The notes below the pieces were generated by a model, which saw only the letters and a list, made by a program, of their open reading frames with translations, was not told the origin of the DNA and ran no database searches. The position numbers and the translations under genes were made by a program. A DNA stretch of 64,000 nucleotides from Lobosporangium transversale (lineage: Eukaryota), in assembly GCF_002105155.1 (NCBI RefSeq), contig NW_019028998.1:310001-374000 (forward strand), written 5' to 3'. Positions 26,740-39,932 of this stretch are shown here, piece by piece. Position 1 is the stretch's first letter; every line of letters starts with the position of its first letter.

Positions 26740-29700
26740 AAGCAAGGTAGGTTATACGAACAAGCGATGTTGGTTTTGATAAGATCGATAAGCAGTGGTA
26801 AGTTAATTAGTAGGAACAGTGTAGGTAAATGTGGCAACTAATAGGGCTAAAAGATTATGGAGTGAGGAGTGAGCAAAAAAAGGAAAAAAAAGAAATAAAG
26901 TGTATTTGAATGCCTTTTTGAATGAGCAAAGTGAACAAGAGATGAAATTCGAGAAAACAGATCACAAAGAAGGGAAAAGGAGAAGCAGAAAGAATGAGGA
27001 GGAAAGAAAAAAAAAAAAAGAAAAGAATGTGGAGAGACAGTCAGACAGACAGAGACAGATACGAAAGAAAAGAAAAAGCAATCAGGGGAAGGTTGCAGTA
27101 CCGTAATAGCAACTTTATCGCCCAAAATGGAAGGAGACACATTTTGTTCCCACATCCCAGGTGTATCTGGCACGAGGTATCACTTGCTCACAGACGATTA
27201 CACCATTGTCATCTCTCCCTCTCACTTTTCATGGCCGCGATCCTTCTACTTCTTACAAGTATGTTTGCTCAAATATAAACTTTTAAACAAACAGGACCGC
27301 ATGATCTCTTGATCACTACGGTACCTAAAGAAAACACTACCGTCAATCATATACCAACTGCATCATTCTTTTTTTTTTTTTTTTTTACTCCAGTTAGTTC
27401 AGACAAGTATCATATATACTTCGGTAGAATCATATAGACACATAAACTGACCGTTATTCGGTGAAGATTTATTCATTTATATCACTTATTTACTCTTTTC
27501 TTCCTTGACTGAAAAGAAGTGGCGTTCTTTATCTCTTCTTTTCAGTTTCTAATGCGCCTCTTTGGTTTGGATCTGGCCTCTATTGATTAGAATTTCTCTA
27601 TCTTTGGCCCGCCAGATAAATATGTTGTCCCTATCAGGCCTGTCTGTACATGTACAGTATGAGTATGTTACACAATTCACAGAAAGCACCTCGTCACAAT
27701 CTTAAGATGCATCAGTTTCCCGCGAGCATGCTTAGTAACATGAGTGTCCGCAAAAATCATAGATGGAGCCTGGTTCGAACCCATTGTTTTCAAGGCGACA
27801 GTGTCTCGCTCGTCGTCTTACCAAAAGCGTAGGGGAATAAACATCAGTGATTTCTATACCGTATAGACTACACCGTGCATTCTATAACTTCTGGAGGTAG
27901 TGCGGCCACTCTTAGAGGCGCACTGAGCACGCTGCAGGTCATAGGAGTTATAAAGGTATCTGGAGAAGGATATGAATCTAGCTGTTGTCTTGTTATAATC
28001 AGACTATGGTTCTGATTTATAAGATGTAGAAGATCGTGTCATTGAATTCCATTCTCAATCAAGGCCCAGGATTCGAATTATGATGGCATGCGGCTGGTTA
28101 AGATTAGGACGGGACTAATGATGTCAACAGCGGGTAGCGGTATTCAGTGGCCCTACGCGTCAGAGTGAGTGTGTGACCGGTTCTAGCGACAAGTGCCCCT
28201 GCCCCACATTGCCATTAGTCTCTTCTCAAGCTACTCAAAGACCCCTTCCTTTGTGAAAGCGAGAGTGGTTGCCCCTTGCCACTAATTCGCTGCTAAAAAT
28301 ACCAAAAATATTTTTATTACTGGCAGCAACAACCGTTGCCGCTGCATTGTGGATTAACATGGAATATATATATAGTGATCAGCTCAAAGAAGGTATCCAT
28401 AACGTTCTCTAAGCACCTCCTGAAAAATATTCATTTCGCTGCTCACGGCAAGATCTAACTTACTCTGAGGGTGGAGCTAATGGCGATGTGGAAGGGGAAA
28501 GAGAGACTCGGAATACGACGCTCAACTTTCCACTCTCTTCCAAATGGGCGCAGGATACAGTCAGGGTCCAGACGATGCACGGCCAACTGATCCGGCCTCT
28601 TCTCTAGTTGGTCTTCTAAAGAGTTTGGTTAGCCTTCCCACAATGATAGTCCTTTCTTCAGAGATCGACCTCCTCCAACTTCTGAGTCACTTGTATCTGA
28701 AGCGATGTTCATTTTGAGTATTCGCTACATTCTCTAATTCTAGCTGAATTGGCTACCAGATATGTTTTTCGCCATCACGTTGCAGCATCAATATTAGCAA
28801 CTAATATGAATGCTTGCCTCAACTCCAATCCGCGCAGCAGCCTCTGCCATGAAGCATATTCGAACCATTATCATTCAGGCATGGTAAACTGATAGAAAGA
28901 GGCGATCGTTTGGATACGCACTGTACAATTCATTAGCAAGACAGAGTAAAACAGCTCTTCAGCATTCAGAAGTGTAAAGTCAACTCCTGGGGATGCTTCA
29001 GCTGGGATTAGCCATCAAAATGGCAGAAGAGACCATATGAAATCAGAATAACACCTGAATTTTACCAGTTTGGCTGGTAAAAGTGATTTTTTTTTTTTTT
29101 TTTTTTTTTTTGGATTATCCAAGTGAATCGTGCATGGCTACTCTAATATCATGTAATGCAGCACCGCCCACCATGGCCCAATAGATTGAAACGCAGGACA
29201 AGGGACGGAACTTTTCAGAACAACGCTCATTGCTGTATCAAAGATACCCAAGCAAATATGTTGCCTTCGAACAGAGACCCTATTCGAGGAGGTTTTTTGT
29301 CAATAATCAATTATTGGCTCTTCCTCTCCTATAAATCCTCCATACCAAGATTTATGATTCAATTGAAATGAGATCTATCATTGTACTTGCATATATAATT
29401 ATATCAAATGGATAAAAGTCAGTGGTTGGTCATCCCACCTTTTTTCTTGACATTGCTATTTTCGATATCACATTCATCATCACAGTGTTGATGCTAGTTT
29501 TCTGAACACGATTAAGGCGTTTCATTAGGAGGATGGAGGGGGAATCGGAAAGGAACCAACTCTGAATACAAATATTTTCATATCAAACATCTGGAGCCGC
29601 TGATAACAAATTGGCAATGTCTGTCTGTGCCTGCTTTTTTATATCTTCTTTGTTGCATTTCCATGTGCGTGTGGAACCTTGTGTACTTCGTGCATGGGTC

Positions 29701-30156
29701 TTTGTCTGTCATACATACAATCCACATGAATCTTTGAAGCCTTTCAAAATGTATAAATGTGTATACACCCCATCGCTTTTTCTTGAATATAATTTACAAA
29801 AGGGCACTGGAGCTTGAGTCTGAGCCTGGATTTGATTTTCACTTCGTCCTCAAATCAAATGATAGGGCAAGATCACCGCACGAACCTTTTTTTAGTGTTT
29901 TTGCATGGTCTAAGGAAGCATGCGCCTGCCCCGTTGACCAATGTTTCTGCCAGCCACAGTTTTTTTTTATTATCCTTGACTTTGGACAAGGAATGATCTT
30001 TTTCACTTTCGCTCTCAATCCATCACTCTTTATACCAAATTCTCATTGTTTCATTTTGTTTATTTTCCAACGCCATCATTTTGTTCCTTTGCACGTTTCC
30101 ACCTAAGAACCTTTTCGCTATAAAGTCACTACTACAATCATACACCAACACAAGCT

Positions 30157-33100
30157 ATGCTTCAAGCAAAAACAACTGTAATCCCAACAGAGACATCAGA
30201 TGTCAAGGTACCCTCATCTAGTTCATACTCGTTCCTCATCTTCTCTTCCTCTGTGTCTGGTATTTATTCAGCAGTTTACAGTATCTCGTGCCTAATTACC
30301 AAAAAAAAAAAAAAAAAAAAAAAACCACTATTTACACGATAAAAAAAATAGGATGTTGAATCCGCAACAAGCATCTTAGCTAGAATATGGCCTGAATATG
30401 ACCCCCATGGATATGGTATCATGGCTGAGATGATGGAAACAGTCCTGAGGCGGGTTGAGAAGGAGCAGGGTGCATCGCTGCTAAGTCAGTCCAGCTGGGA
30501 GGAGTTAGGAGACTATATCGTGCGTGTTGAAGGCACCATCGTCAGCCAAAGGGATTTGAGTGAACTCCTCAGTCTTCTTCAGGGTGCACCACCTCCAACC
30601 ACAGTGCCATCCGTAGAAATCCCTATCGTTGGTGAGGAATTTCACCAACTCACTTCTGTGTCTGGATTGGATATACCTCAGAATTATACCAACATTGGCC
30701 AAAGCGTCGAAATTCGGGATGGCGCCCACCAAAGATACGGAATGATGTCTCCTTTCTCGGAATCTGTATCGGCACAATCGACACAGCAATCTCTACACCC
30801 ACGTCATCATCCTTCAGTCCATATTCGGCCCAGAGGCAATAGGCCGCCTATCCGGAAGATTTCACTAGGCGAATCAACACAGTCTCGTCCACGGTTTTCA
30901 AGGTCATCTCGTGGCTCTTCCTCAGGTGACGAGGATTCGGATAGAAGTGAGCATCGTATGTCGCCTTCCAGTGTAAGTCCTCTCAGTCACAGCGCAGTTT
31001 TTTTTTACGATTAGGCTATGTGTATCAGCTGGGAATTGGGATGTGTAGTTGTAAAGTGTGTTGTATCGTTAATATTCAAGCAAGGCAGGATAAATTTACA
31101 AACTAAGAGATCAGAGCATGGACTTCCCTATTTGTTAATATGCTCAATCAGTATTTCCGATTGACAGAGCGAGCAACTAATTTATTTGCAAATAATGTAG
31201 TCTGACCTCGCTCTTTATTACTTTTTTATCATTAGCCTGGCTCACGAGGATCGCGCTCTGATGCCTCGACTTCGTCTTCCAGTCCTACGATTGGCGATTC
31301 GAAGGAATGGCGAGCTAACTATAACAATATGAGTATCCGAGAGCAGAGTAGGACAGAGTATGAGGGCTATGGCCTCGATGCAGAATACGATTCGGTAAGC
31401 ATGTCAGCCCAGCACATGAAAAAAGTTCGTTAGCGATTTTTTTTCTTTTAAAAAAACTCCTTGATGACAATAACTCAATGCATAGCGATTAACAAATATA
31501 TACATTCTTTTCTGTCCGTCTCCTTTATGCTAAAATTAATATTGCTAGCCTGCCAACATAGAATCAGACCAACAGAAATTTTTGGCCCTTCAAAGAAAGC
31601 TCAAAGAGACTGAGCGTGAGCTTGAGTACCAGTCACGGGCCAACGAGCAGGCAATGGCTGCTAGTATGAACCAGCAAGAGATAGAAGAGCTTCGACGTGA
31701 TGTAATCGCAAAGCGGCGTGAGATTGAGGAGTTTAAGAAGAATGATCAATATAAATCAGCTCAAATTGCAGAGGTATGAAGGAAGTAATATGGAAGTGCA
31801 TGTTGTTTGATGACTTGTTCATCTTAATGAAAGCGCGTAAATTTGCTATCTTTTTTTACTGATGAAGTATCATGTATTTCTTTTACTGTTTATGTGTATC
31901 TAGCTGACGCAACAGATTGAAAAGAGCGAGCTATCAAGCTCGACACAAAAAAGTAATGCTGTAGCCTGGAAGAAGCGTCAGGATGAGCTTATGGAGGATA
32001 ATGCCCGCATCCGAGAGTCATTGAAGCAAACAGAGGATGCCTTAAAACCACTAATCACCCGTCTTGCTACTGCAGAAGCACTTGAGCGCCGGGTAGGTCC
32101 ATATCTAATAGTTTACATGGCGGTATTTAAGTTGGCTACTGCAAAACTGATATCATGGAAGATTGAACAACAATAACTCACAACAAAATCACATATGTTA
32201 TTGACTGTTGAACACCAAAATTAGTACAATGCCGAACAAAGAACAAATGAGGAGTTAAGAGAGAGACTAGCGCAAGAAATTGCTATGAATGAAGAAATTA
32301 GGCAAAAATTAGAACTGGCAACCAGAGAAACACTTCGGCTCACGGAGCTTAATGGTGACTTGAAGAATGAGGTCGAAACGTTGGCAGGAGGAGCCAACAC
32401 TTCCAGTTTGTCTTTTAGTCAGATTCCTGAGGCTTCTACTAAGGTAAGCAGAGAACAAACTATCTGCTGATTTTTGTTCAAGTTATTTTACTTGGTCAAT
32501 TGTTTAATGATAAAACAACAACTAAATAAAATAATGGTAATCGCTTTGAACAGAACTTGATGTCTGAATTAGCCACTGCGGACCCCAAGTTCGCTCCAGG
32601 GATTGAGAATTCTGATGATGAAATAGATGTTGGTAGCAAGCATCATTTCAACTCTGTCTGTAAGTCAGCGATCATAACCCACTAATTGGCAGTTTACCTT
32701 GCTTTTTTAAATGAGTATTTACTGTGAAGCTTTGGGATTTAGCTAACTATTCCATGTCGATTATGCTCTTTATCCACTACAAATCATATAGCATCAGAAA
32801 AAGCGCTTCGATTACTGCAGGAGAGCTCATCGCTCAATAGAAAGTTGAAACGAACATCTTTACGTGATATTGACCAGCGATTCAAAGAGAGTGGACTCCA
32901 ATCAGCTTTGAAGTATGAGGTCACGGATCAGCATGATACCCAGAATTTGACTGATATAACAGCAGCTTCACGAGGACAGACTGAGCCAAAAGAACAAGGG
33001 ACAGAGCAAGAACTCAGTAGTGTTGCTACGAATTCAGTTGTGGGGAAGCATAGGGTAGATGATGTTGATTGTGTCTTGCCCCCAGAAGTACAAATTTTAG

Positions 33101-33765
33101 AGGCTAAAGAGGCCATGTTAAATCAAGGTCTGGAATCTCAACAAGAGTTAATTGAGACTCTATTCAAAATCCAAGAGGCTACACGACCCTTGGACACCAC
33201 AAGCTTTGGAGCAGACGGGGTTATTCGGCAGAATGAGCCATTAGCCAAGTTACAGAAGAGTGAGCGAGCCCGTAGGCGCAGGCTCCATCGTACGTATTCT
33301 TTATTTATTTATTAATTATATGTTATTTTTAAAGGCACTGGAGGGAATTGTTTATCACCGGACACTGGGCTGACTTAAAAAGTTTTTGACAATATTTTGT
33401 CAATAGAATCACGCCTGGTTTCGTCTGCACCTGGTACATTGCCTGGATCAGTACTAACAGGCGCATCAACATCGACAGCTGTCAGCAAGAAGGAATCCAA
33501 CAGAGTGATTACCAATGTTACTCTCGTATCTTTGTACACCATTGTCGGTTACATCCTTGGACTGATTACTTCCGTATTTTTGGTCGACAATGGTGGATAC
33601 CATCCAGCACTCAACTATGGCCGACTGTTGTCGTATGAAGCTATGCAAAATGAGGCAGCAAATGTTATGGAGGGTGGGCCTGGCCGATTTAAAGTTATCG
33701 AGATTCTGGCTTATTGGATCCAGAACCTGGTCTGGCAGGCGGATGCAGGCTATGTCCCAACCTGA
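30157..33765 (+). CDS. Coiled-coil tail-anchored protein, candidate KASH / nuclear-envelope protein; multi-exon
   Basis: N-terminal helical EF-hand-like segment, S/R-rich linker, long coiled coil (exons at about 31550-32440), a single C-terminal TM (VTLVSLYTIVGYILGLITSVFLV) and the terminus GYVPT*. Confidence 0.7.
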
Positions 33766-34062
33766 AGGAAAAAAAAAAAAAAAAAAAAAAAAAAAAGATG
33801 CATCTCTCCAAAATTTATTTTTTATGGGGTTATTTTTGGCTTTTTATTCAAAATCACATTGTTATGTCACTCCATTGTACATTTTTTCTTCGCTCCATGA
33901 GGCATTCATCTTAGTTATCTAAATTATTAGCAACTATTGAGAGAATAGGGCACGAAAACGGACATGCTTTTGCTTTTTGCAGAAAATATATACCATTCGC
34001 ATGTTTATTCTACACACTCACTTGTAACATTAGCATGGCCTCACGTTTAGATGTGTTGTTTT

Positions 34063-36603
34063 TTAAAGCGTAAAATCAAAATCCTTGAACGATTGTTTAA
34101 ATGCTACACTGTCTTTCCGCTCCTCATCTGCAGACTTGACACAACTCTTCCAGCTAGCGCGCTCAGGGGTATTCAGGACTTTGGCCATTACTTTACGACC
34201 AAACTGTTGGTCGACCCGCTGCTTTTCGGGAATAGGACAGACCAACATCTTGCCATTAGGAAGCTCAACCTTAAAGAAACTTTGGTCAGCAGATAAAGGC
34301 ACATGATCTTGCCATTTAGCCACATGTTCTGGCTGCTGCTGCTGCTGTTGTTGTTCATGTTGACTATGGTTCTGCTTAGTATCCTTTGTGAAGAATTCAT
34401 GCACATCCTCACGGAATTGACGTTCGATATTGTCATCCTTGCCTTGTGGTACTGGCAAGATTTGGATATGAGCATGTTGCATTCGACCACCTAGGCTCAG
34501 CTCCCATGTAACCATCGTTGCACCTTTAGACTCGTAAAGTTGTTGAAGTCCGTCCTTATATTTTTTCAGCTCTGATTCTAGATCAGCGCGTGCACTGGGA
34601 TCGACATTTCGGAAGGAAGAATAGTGATTGATAGTAATTAATAGTACATGCCCACCACCGGGGACAAGAGTTGCTGATGATGTCAAAGTATCGGGAAGTT
34701 GACCCTTCGCCATAGTCATGTACATCTCTGTGCCTATCGAGACGATCAAATTCTTATCAACATCCGGATTGGATAGACAGAACCAACATGGCTGTGATGG
34801 TTCTTTTGCACCTCGTTTATTATTTTTTTCCGATCCCGATGCGCTGCCTGTTTCTCTTGTCCCTGCTCTTGCTCCACTCCCAGTTCCTAGATTGTTTGAT
34901 TGACGGGATGCTGCCTCCGGGCAATCACGAATGAAATGACCTGGCTTTTGACAGATCTTACAAACGTACCCGTCGGGGACTGAGCGTACTCCTGAGGAGG
35001 TCTCCTCTTTGATCCTTGGGCAGTCTTTAAGATAGTGACCTGGCTCGTTGCATTTCTTACAGACATAGCCTTCAGGCATACGGGTGCTGTCGCGGCTTTG
35101 GTCATTCGTAGGTTGCCGCTCCACAGTGCAATCTTTGATAAAGTGACCGGGAATGTTGCAACGCCTACAGACATATCCTGCTGGAGGCTCATTCCTGACC
35201 CGCTTATTATCCCAAAAGAAGCTAGCTGTTTCATTCTGTGTGAAATAAAAAATATAAAATAAAATAAAATATGTCAGCAATGCGATATATTAAAAGGAAT
35301 AAAGCACGAACAATGGTTTTTTTAGACTGCCTTACTTGGTCGAGTGGACGTTTTAGCTCTGCAGTGGTCGCTAATGGCGATCCTGTAGTCAAGTTATTAA
35401 TCGAGTTTTTCAGCACCTCTTCGCTCGCATTTGCTAGAGGTACTAAATTGAATGCATAGAACCACCTTTGCTTATTCTTGTTGCCTACATCGCCTAACGC
35501 AATAAATCGAGTCGCATGATCTGCTCCATTAGTGTTCCTGTAAGGAGACCGTTCCCAAAACTGTCCTGAGCTACTTGCAAAATGGTACCGGGGCTGCAAC
35601 GCGGCAGCCGCACGTGCAACAGGATGAGAAAATGTACTCGCACTTAGTCCTGTAGGGGCTATAGATGTTCCTGAGACACTGGATTTTTCAGCAGCGTTAA
35701 CTAAAGGTACGTTAGGTTTATCGATCCCTGCTGGCCATTCATAAGACAAAAAGATGTCGACACCTCGTTTTGATGTGTCCATAATCGAACTGGGTTTTGA
35801 AAATTGAATGAGTTGATCAAAATTAGCCTTGGTGTAGTGCCCACGAAGCAATGACTTGTCGAACTCTTCATCTTCTGTGTCGGCTTCAAATACTGCAGTA
35901 TCATAAGTCCCACTCAACGAAGCGATCTTAACAGATTGTGCTGTTGTCATGAGGCCGTGCGTCCCTGGTTTAATTGCGTTGGAATATTAAAAGACCCCAT
36001 GTATGATTAGTTGATGATTCACAGCTGTTGTTGCAAATATCTTTAGAGTAACAGAAAGTGTAAGAGCAATGACTTGTATAGATGCTCTTACCAAGGTAAA
36101 AAACGTTGTTACACACTTCGCCCTGATTTCTGCCTGCCCTACGCTCAATAATCCCGGGCACGCCATTATCTCCATGAATAAAATAGGTGGTGATTGGGAC
36201 TGCCAAGGATATCAAGATCATGGACAACAAAAAAAAAAAAAAAAAAAAAAAAGATAAGTTAAATAAGACAGTTTTGTACTTTTTTTTTGAGAGATGTCTT
36301 TATCTGTAAAAGCACTTACAGTCGAGCTTATTCTCTAGCAGTTCATCGATAGTTTCCATAGGCGTCTCTTTTGCAAAAAAATTTCCTGTGCAAAACAAGA
36401 TATCAAAGGGCCCGTGCTTTAAGTTGATTGTCCCAACCTTTGAACAAAGGTTGCGTAGATCTCCGTTTGCTGATCCAACCACAAGACTATTTAGGGCCGC
36501 ACAAGGATAAATAAGTTAGCGAATAAATAGAATGTAGATGTGTTATGATTAGCAATGCTTATAATTCGATTTAAGAGATGCTTTACACTTTCACTGAGTT
36601 CAT
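34063..36603 (-). CDS. CWF19L1: CWF19-like protein 1 (Drn1): metallophosphoesterase-like domain, 3 CCHC knuckles and CwfJ domains
   Basis: KHGPFDILFCTGNFF, VDIFLSYEWP, LQPRYHFA, TRFIALG, WFYAFNL, CWFCLSNP, HAHIQILPVP, QFGRKV and FKDFDFTL. Confidence 0.93.
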
Positions 36604-36727
36604 GGTGGGCGTGAATCTAAAATGTGGGATGAGAAATGGAGACTTCATAACATGGGTTTTCTTTTTTTAAAGTAGGTCACGTTTTTTTTTTTTTTTTTTT
36701 TTTTTTTTTTCACATACATTTATACAT

Positions 36728-36763
36728 TGAAAGCACTATCTGAATTCTGAGGGTCCTTGTTAT

Positions 36764-36802
<39 letters not shown>

Positions 36803-36816
36803 AAAGCACTATCTGA
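36728..36816 (+). mobile_element. Very short retroposed insertion (21 nt + A36) flanked by a 16-bp target-site duplication
   Basis: TGAAAGCACTATCTGA occurs at 36728-36743 and 36801-36816, enclosing ATTCTGAGGGTCCTTGTTATC and poly(A) at 36765-36800. Confidence 0.7.
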
Positions 36817-36913
36817 GTTGGTTATGAAAATAATCGTCTGTTGACGACTTGAGTAATCAAGGTTGTATAGCATTATTACTAATTTTTGAAATCTTCAAAT
36901 ACATGCTTCTTTA

Positions 36914-39900
36914 TTATTGGAGAAGACTTGGAATTGTTGGCATTCTCCCAACAGCATGAAGTGTCAACGCAATAACACCATGATTTGCAATAGCCTGAAC
37001 AGGTATCACGGTAATAGCAATGTTTCCGTTTGTTTGTGTCATGACCAGCGGGAAATACTGTGACAGTAGCTCACATACAATCTCTTCAAATTGACAGGCC
37101 TTATGTATCAGTATGTCAAGGTAATATACTGTAATTCCTACTACATCCCCCCATCCATCTGCAATACCAGGTCCGTCAACTGCTGAGGTCGGATGATCTC
37201 TCAAGACCTTGTCCATTGCCTTAATAGCCGTACCCACCATAGTTTTCATCATTTCCACAATAATCAGAGAGTCACGTTCAGTTAGCTCGCTTGTGACATT
37301 CAGCGACAGTTTAGATGTTAACAAAGATGTGTCAGAGAATTGGATAGTAGAAAGTGCCATCAATATTGGAGACAGAAACCATGATTGTACACTTGTCCGC
37401 CATCGAGAATGCGTATCATTTGTAATATTAAATGAAAATGCTCTTGGTTGCAAAGCTCTCTTCTCAAGTTGATGCATATCGTCGTCATCTGTTTCATATC
37501 CATCTTGACCTTCTTCTGTTGGCCCTGTAGCAGCTTTTGTGATCTTTTCAGCGTAGACTTTTCCATGATGTAGGACGACTTGCCATTCAACCTGGGCATC
37601 CTTGGGAAGCGTTGGTACGCATACTACGAGCAGAGGAGCTGGATTTATCTGCTAAAGATCAGTCAATGATTGTACAAGTGAATGGTTATAAATAACTGTT
37701 CATAAGCACTATATTTAGGGATATTGGGTCGCATTGACATACTTTGTTTGCAATATACTCCCAAGCTGCTGTTACTGCTACAAAATTGTCAGCATGCCTA
37801 ACATATGCTATACACAGCGCTGTCCGATTAGCAAGGTCCAATTGACGTAGGGCTGCTATTTGTGAAAGGTTTCGCAAAGACCAAGCTACTTCTTTAACTA
37901 GAGATGATGGCGCAGGAAGATCCAAAGTATTGGGAATCATCCCAATTTGTCCAGCGATGAATGCATGGTATGCTTGCTAACATTAACAAAAATCAATACT
38001 CTTGATTAGGGCACTAAATAGAGTCTCAGAATATAGGATAAACCAAACCGAGTGCAGTAAAATACCTCTGTTACTTGAGAATACGGGCCGATGTTCGCGG
38101 GTGCCCAGTAAGAAATCCCTTGTACATGCAGTGTCTGTCTCGGTTTTGGACTTGTGGCGTTCTTATGGATTGCTGTACAACTGACCTGAATGCGAACAGG
38201 GCTGGGAAGGTTTGCTCCTACACAGGCACGTGGAGGGGGATTGATATCGAAAAAGACCTTGTATACGCTATTTACAATACCAAAATCACCCATGTTTGAA
38301 ACAAACACCTGCATAAAGACCACTTCTTCCCATGACAATCCTATCCGCTCTAGCTTAGCTATCATTTCACAAGTTCTTTCTAATCAGTTCAGAGTCTAAA
38401 AAGGATAATAGCTGTTCTGAAAACCATACACTTCTTTTACTCTTGATACCTTGTACATTCTGAAGACAGACAGCTGTCTCTTCCGCAATGTTTAAATACA
38501 CTTTATCATTCGATAAAGGACTATCATACGCGGTTGTACCGCCGATTGCATATACAATTTTGTTTTGATGAACCGTAGAATCGGGTCGGCAATTGATGCC
38601 TATGGAATGAGGCACATCGCTTTTTTTAGGGCACTGGCTTGCTCGCTTCGATTCAGTAAATGTATCCTTGAGCGGCAACTTCGAAGACACAATATCTTCG
38701 ATAGGCCTCATAATAGAATCAGCACTCCACAAAGGCCTCAAATTCATATCTGCTATCCAACTAGAATTCATGTCATCTTCGTATTTGGCCTCCACATGTA
38801 ACTTTTTGAATCTCAAATAAGCGACTTGAGCAAAGTGGTCGTCCGAATGAATGGCGACCTCAGACTCATCCCTAAATAACGTAAAACATACGTATATATA
38901 TGTTAATTTACTACAGCGTTCATGTAACTGAAGATGTGAACATCACTGTCACCGTTTTTGTACGTACACAATGATTCGGCGCTTGAATAGTGGGCAATCT
39001 AAGGTAACAGTTTCGTATTCTCCACCTTCACCGCAAATATGCAAATCGTATTCCTGGTTCATTCTGCAGAGGTAAGGAAGCATATCTTTAATCGATTGAC
39101 CAAGATGTTGCCTTTTGAGCCCAATAGCTGCAATTTTGATCAAAATAGCATTGACTCCAGCCTCAACCATCTCATGCAGAAGTTCTTCTTGGTCCCTTTG
39201 CCATAGATAGGCTAGCGTCACAAGGCCTAGACGTGCACATCTTTTTTGCGAAATGAATTCAAACAAAATCATTAAAAAAAACAAGGCTCGGCATTAAAGT
39301 CATTGATCTGCGTAAAAAGGTGTAGCACCTATACGTACGTACACATTTTCAACGCGTATCCGCTGATAATTGGACAAGATGGCTCCGACACTTACAGCCT
39401 CGAGTCCAGGATGCGCGGTTTTGACTCTACTTAGCAATTCAAACAGATCCTCTGTTTCGTCTTCAGCTGTAACAATGTAGTCAGATCTTTGTTCGATTGG
39501 CGTGCCTTTGATTTCTTGGCGATAAAGAGGTAAGTCAAGACAGTCTTTATACAAATGGATTACATCGTGGCCCACAGTCTGATACATGTACGAATCAAGC
39601 TCATCTATTTCATTAAGAAAGAAAAAAAGTGTCATTAACATCGAATTAAAAAATTGATCATAAAGCAGAAACTATTGTCTCTATTCCAACCTCTTTTGTC
39701 TTGAGGCGTAGGGTAAAGGTTCCCAAGAGCAATAATTTGATGACCATTGGCAGCGCATTGCATAAGATTGTAGAAGCTATCCTTGCCGCCACTAAAATAC
39801 CATCAATTTTATCAGATAGAGAGCAGAGTCTTGAGCACGGAAACAGAAAATGTACGTCTATATCATGTTATCTTGCTTACTCAAGTGTACCATTAGTCAA

Positions 39901-39932
39901 TGAGTTTACCTGATCAATCCTAAAACTTTCAT
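36914..39932 (-). CDS. DPH6: Diphthine-ammonia ligase with C-terminal RidA/YjgF-like domains; multi-exon
   Basis: MKVLGLISGGKDS, ELDSYMYQTVGH, GAILSNYQRIRVENVC, CGEGGEYETVTLDCPLF, LHVQGISYWAPANIGPYSQ and LPKDAQVEWQ. Confidence 0.95.

Noticed and set aside
26847..27312. Short K/R- or F-rich ORFs on both strands
   Set aside because: They are translations of purine/pyrimidine low-complexity promoter or UTR sequence upstream of the carrier gene.
27735..27800. Possible tRNA around GGTTCGAACCC
   Set aside because: The T-stem pairs for only 3 bp and no acceptor, D or anticodon arms can be built.
37360..37599. 79-aa minus-strand ORF
   Set aside because: It is an alternative frame over the DPH6 last exon, whose true frame is ...LPKDAQVEWQ....
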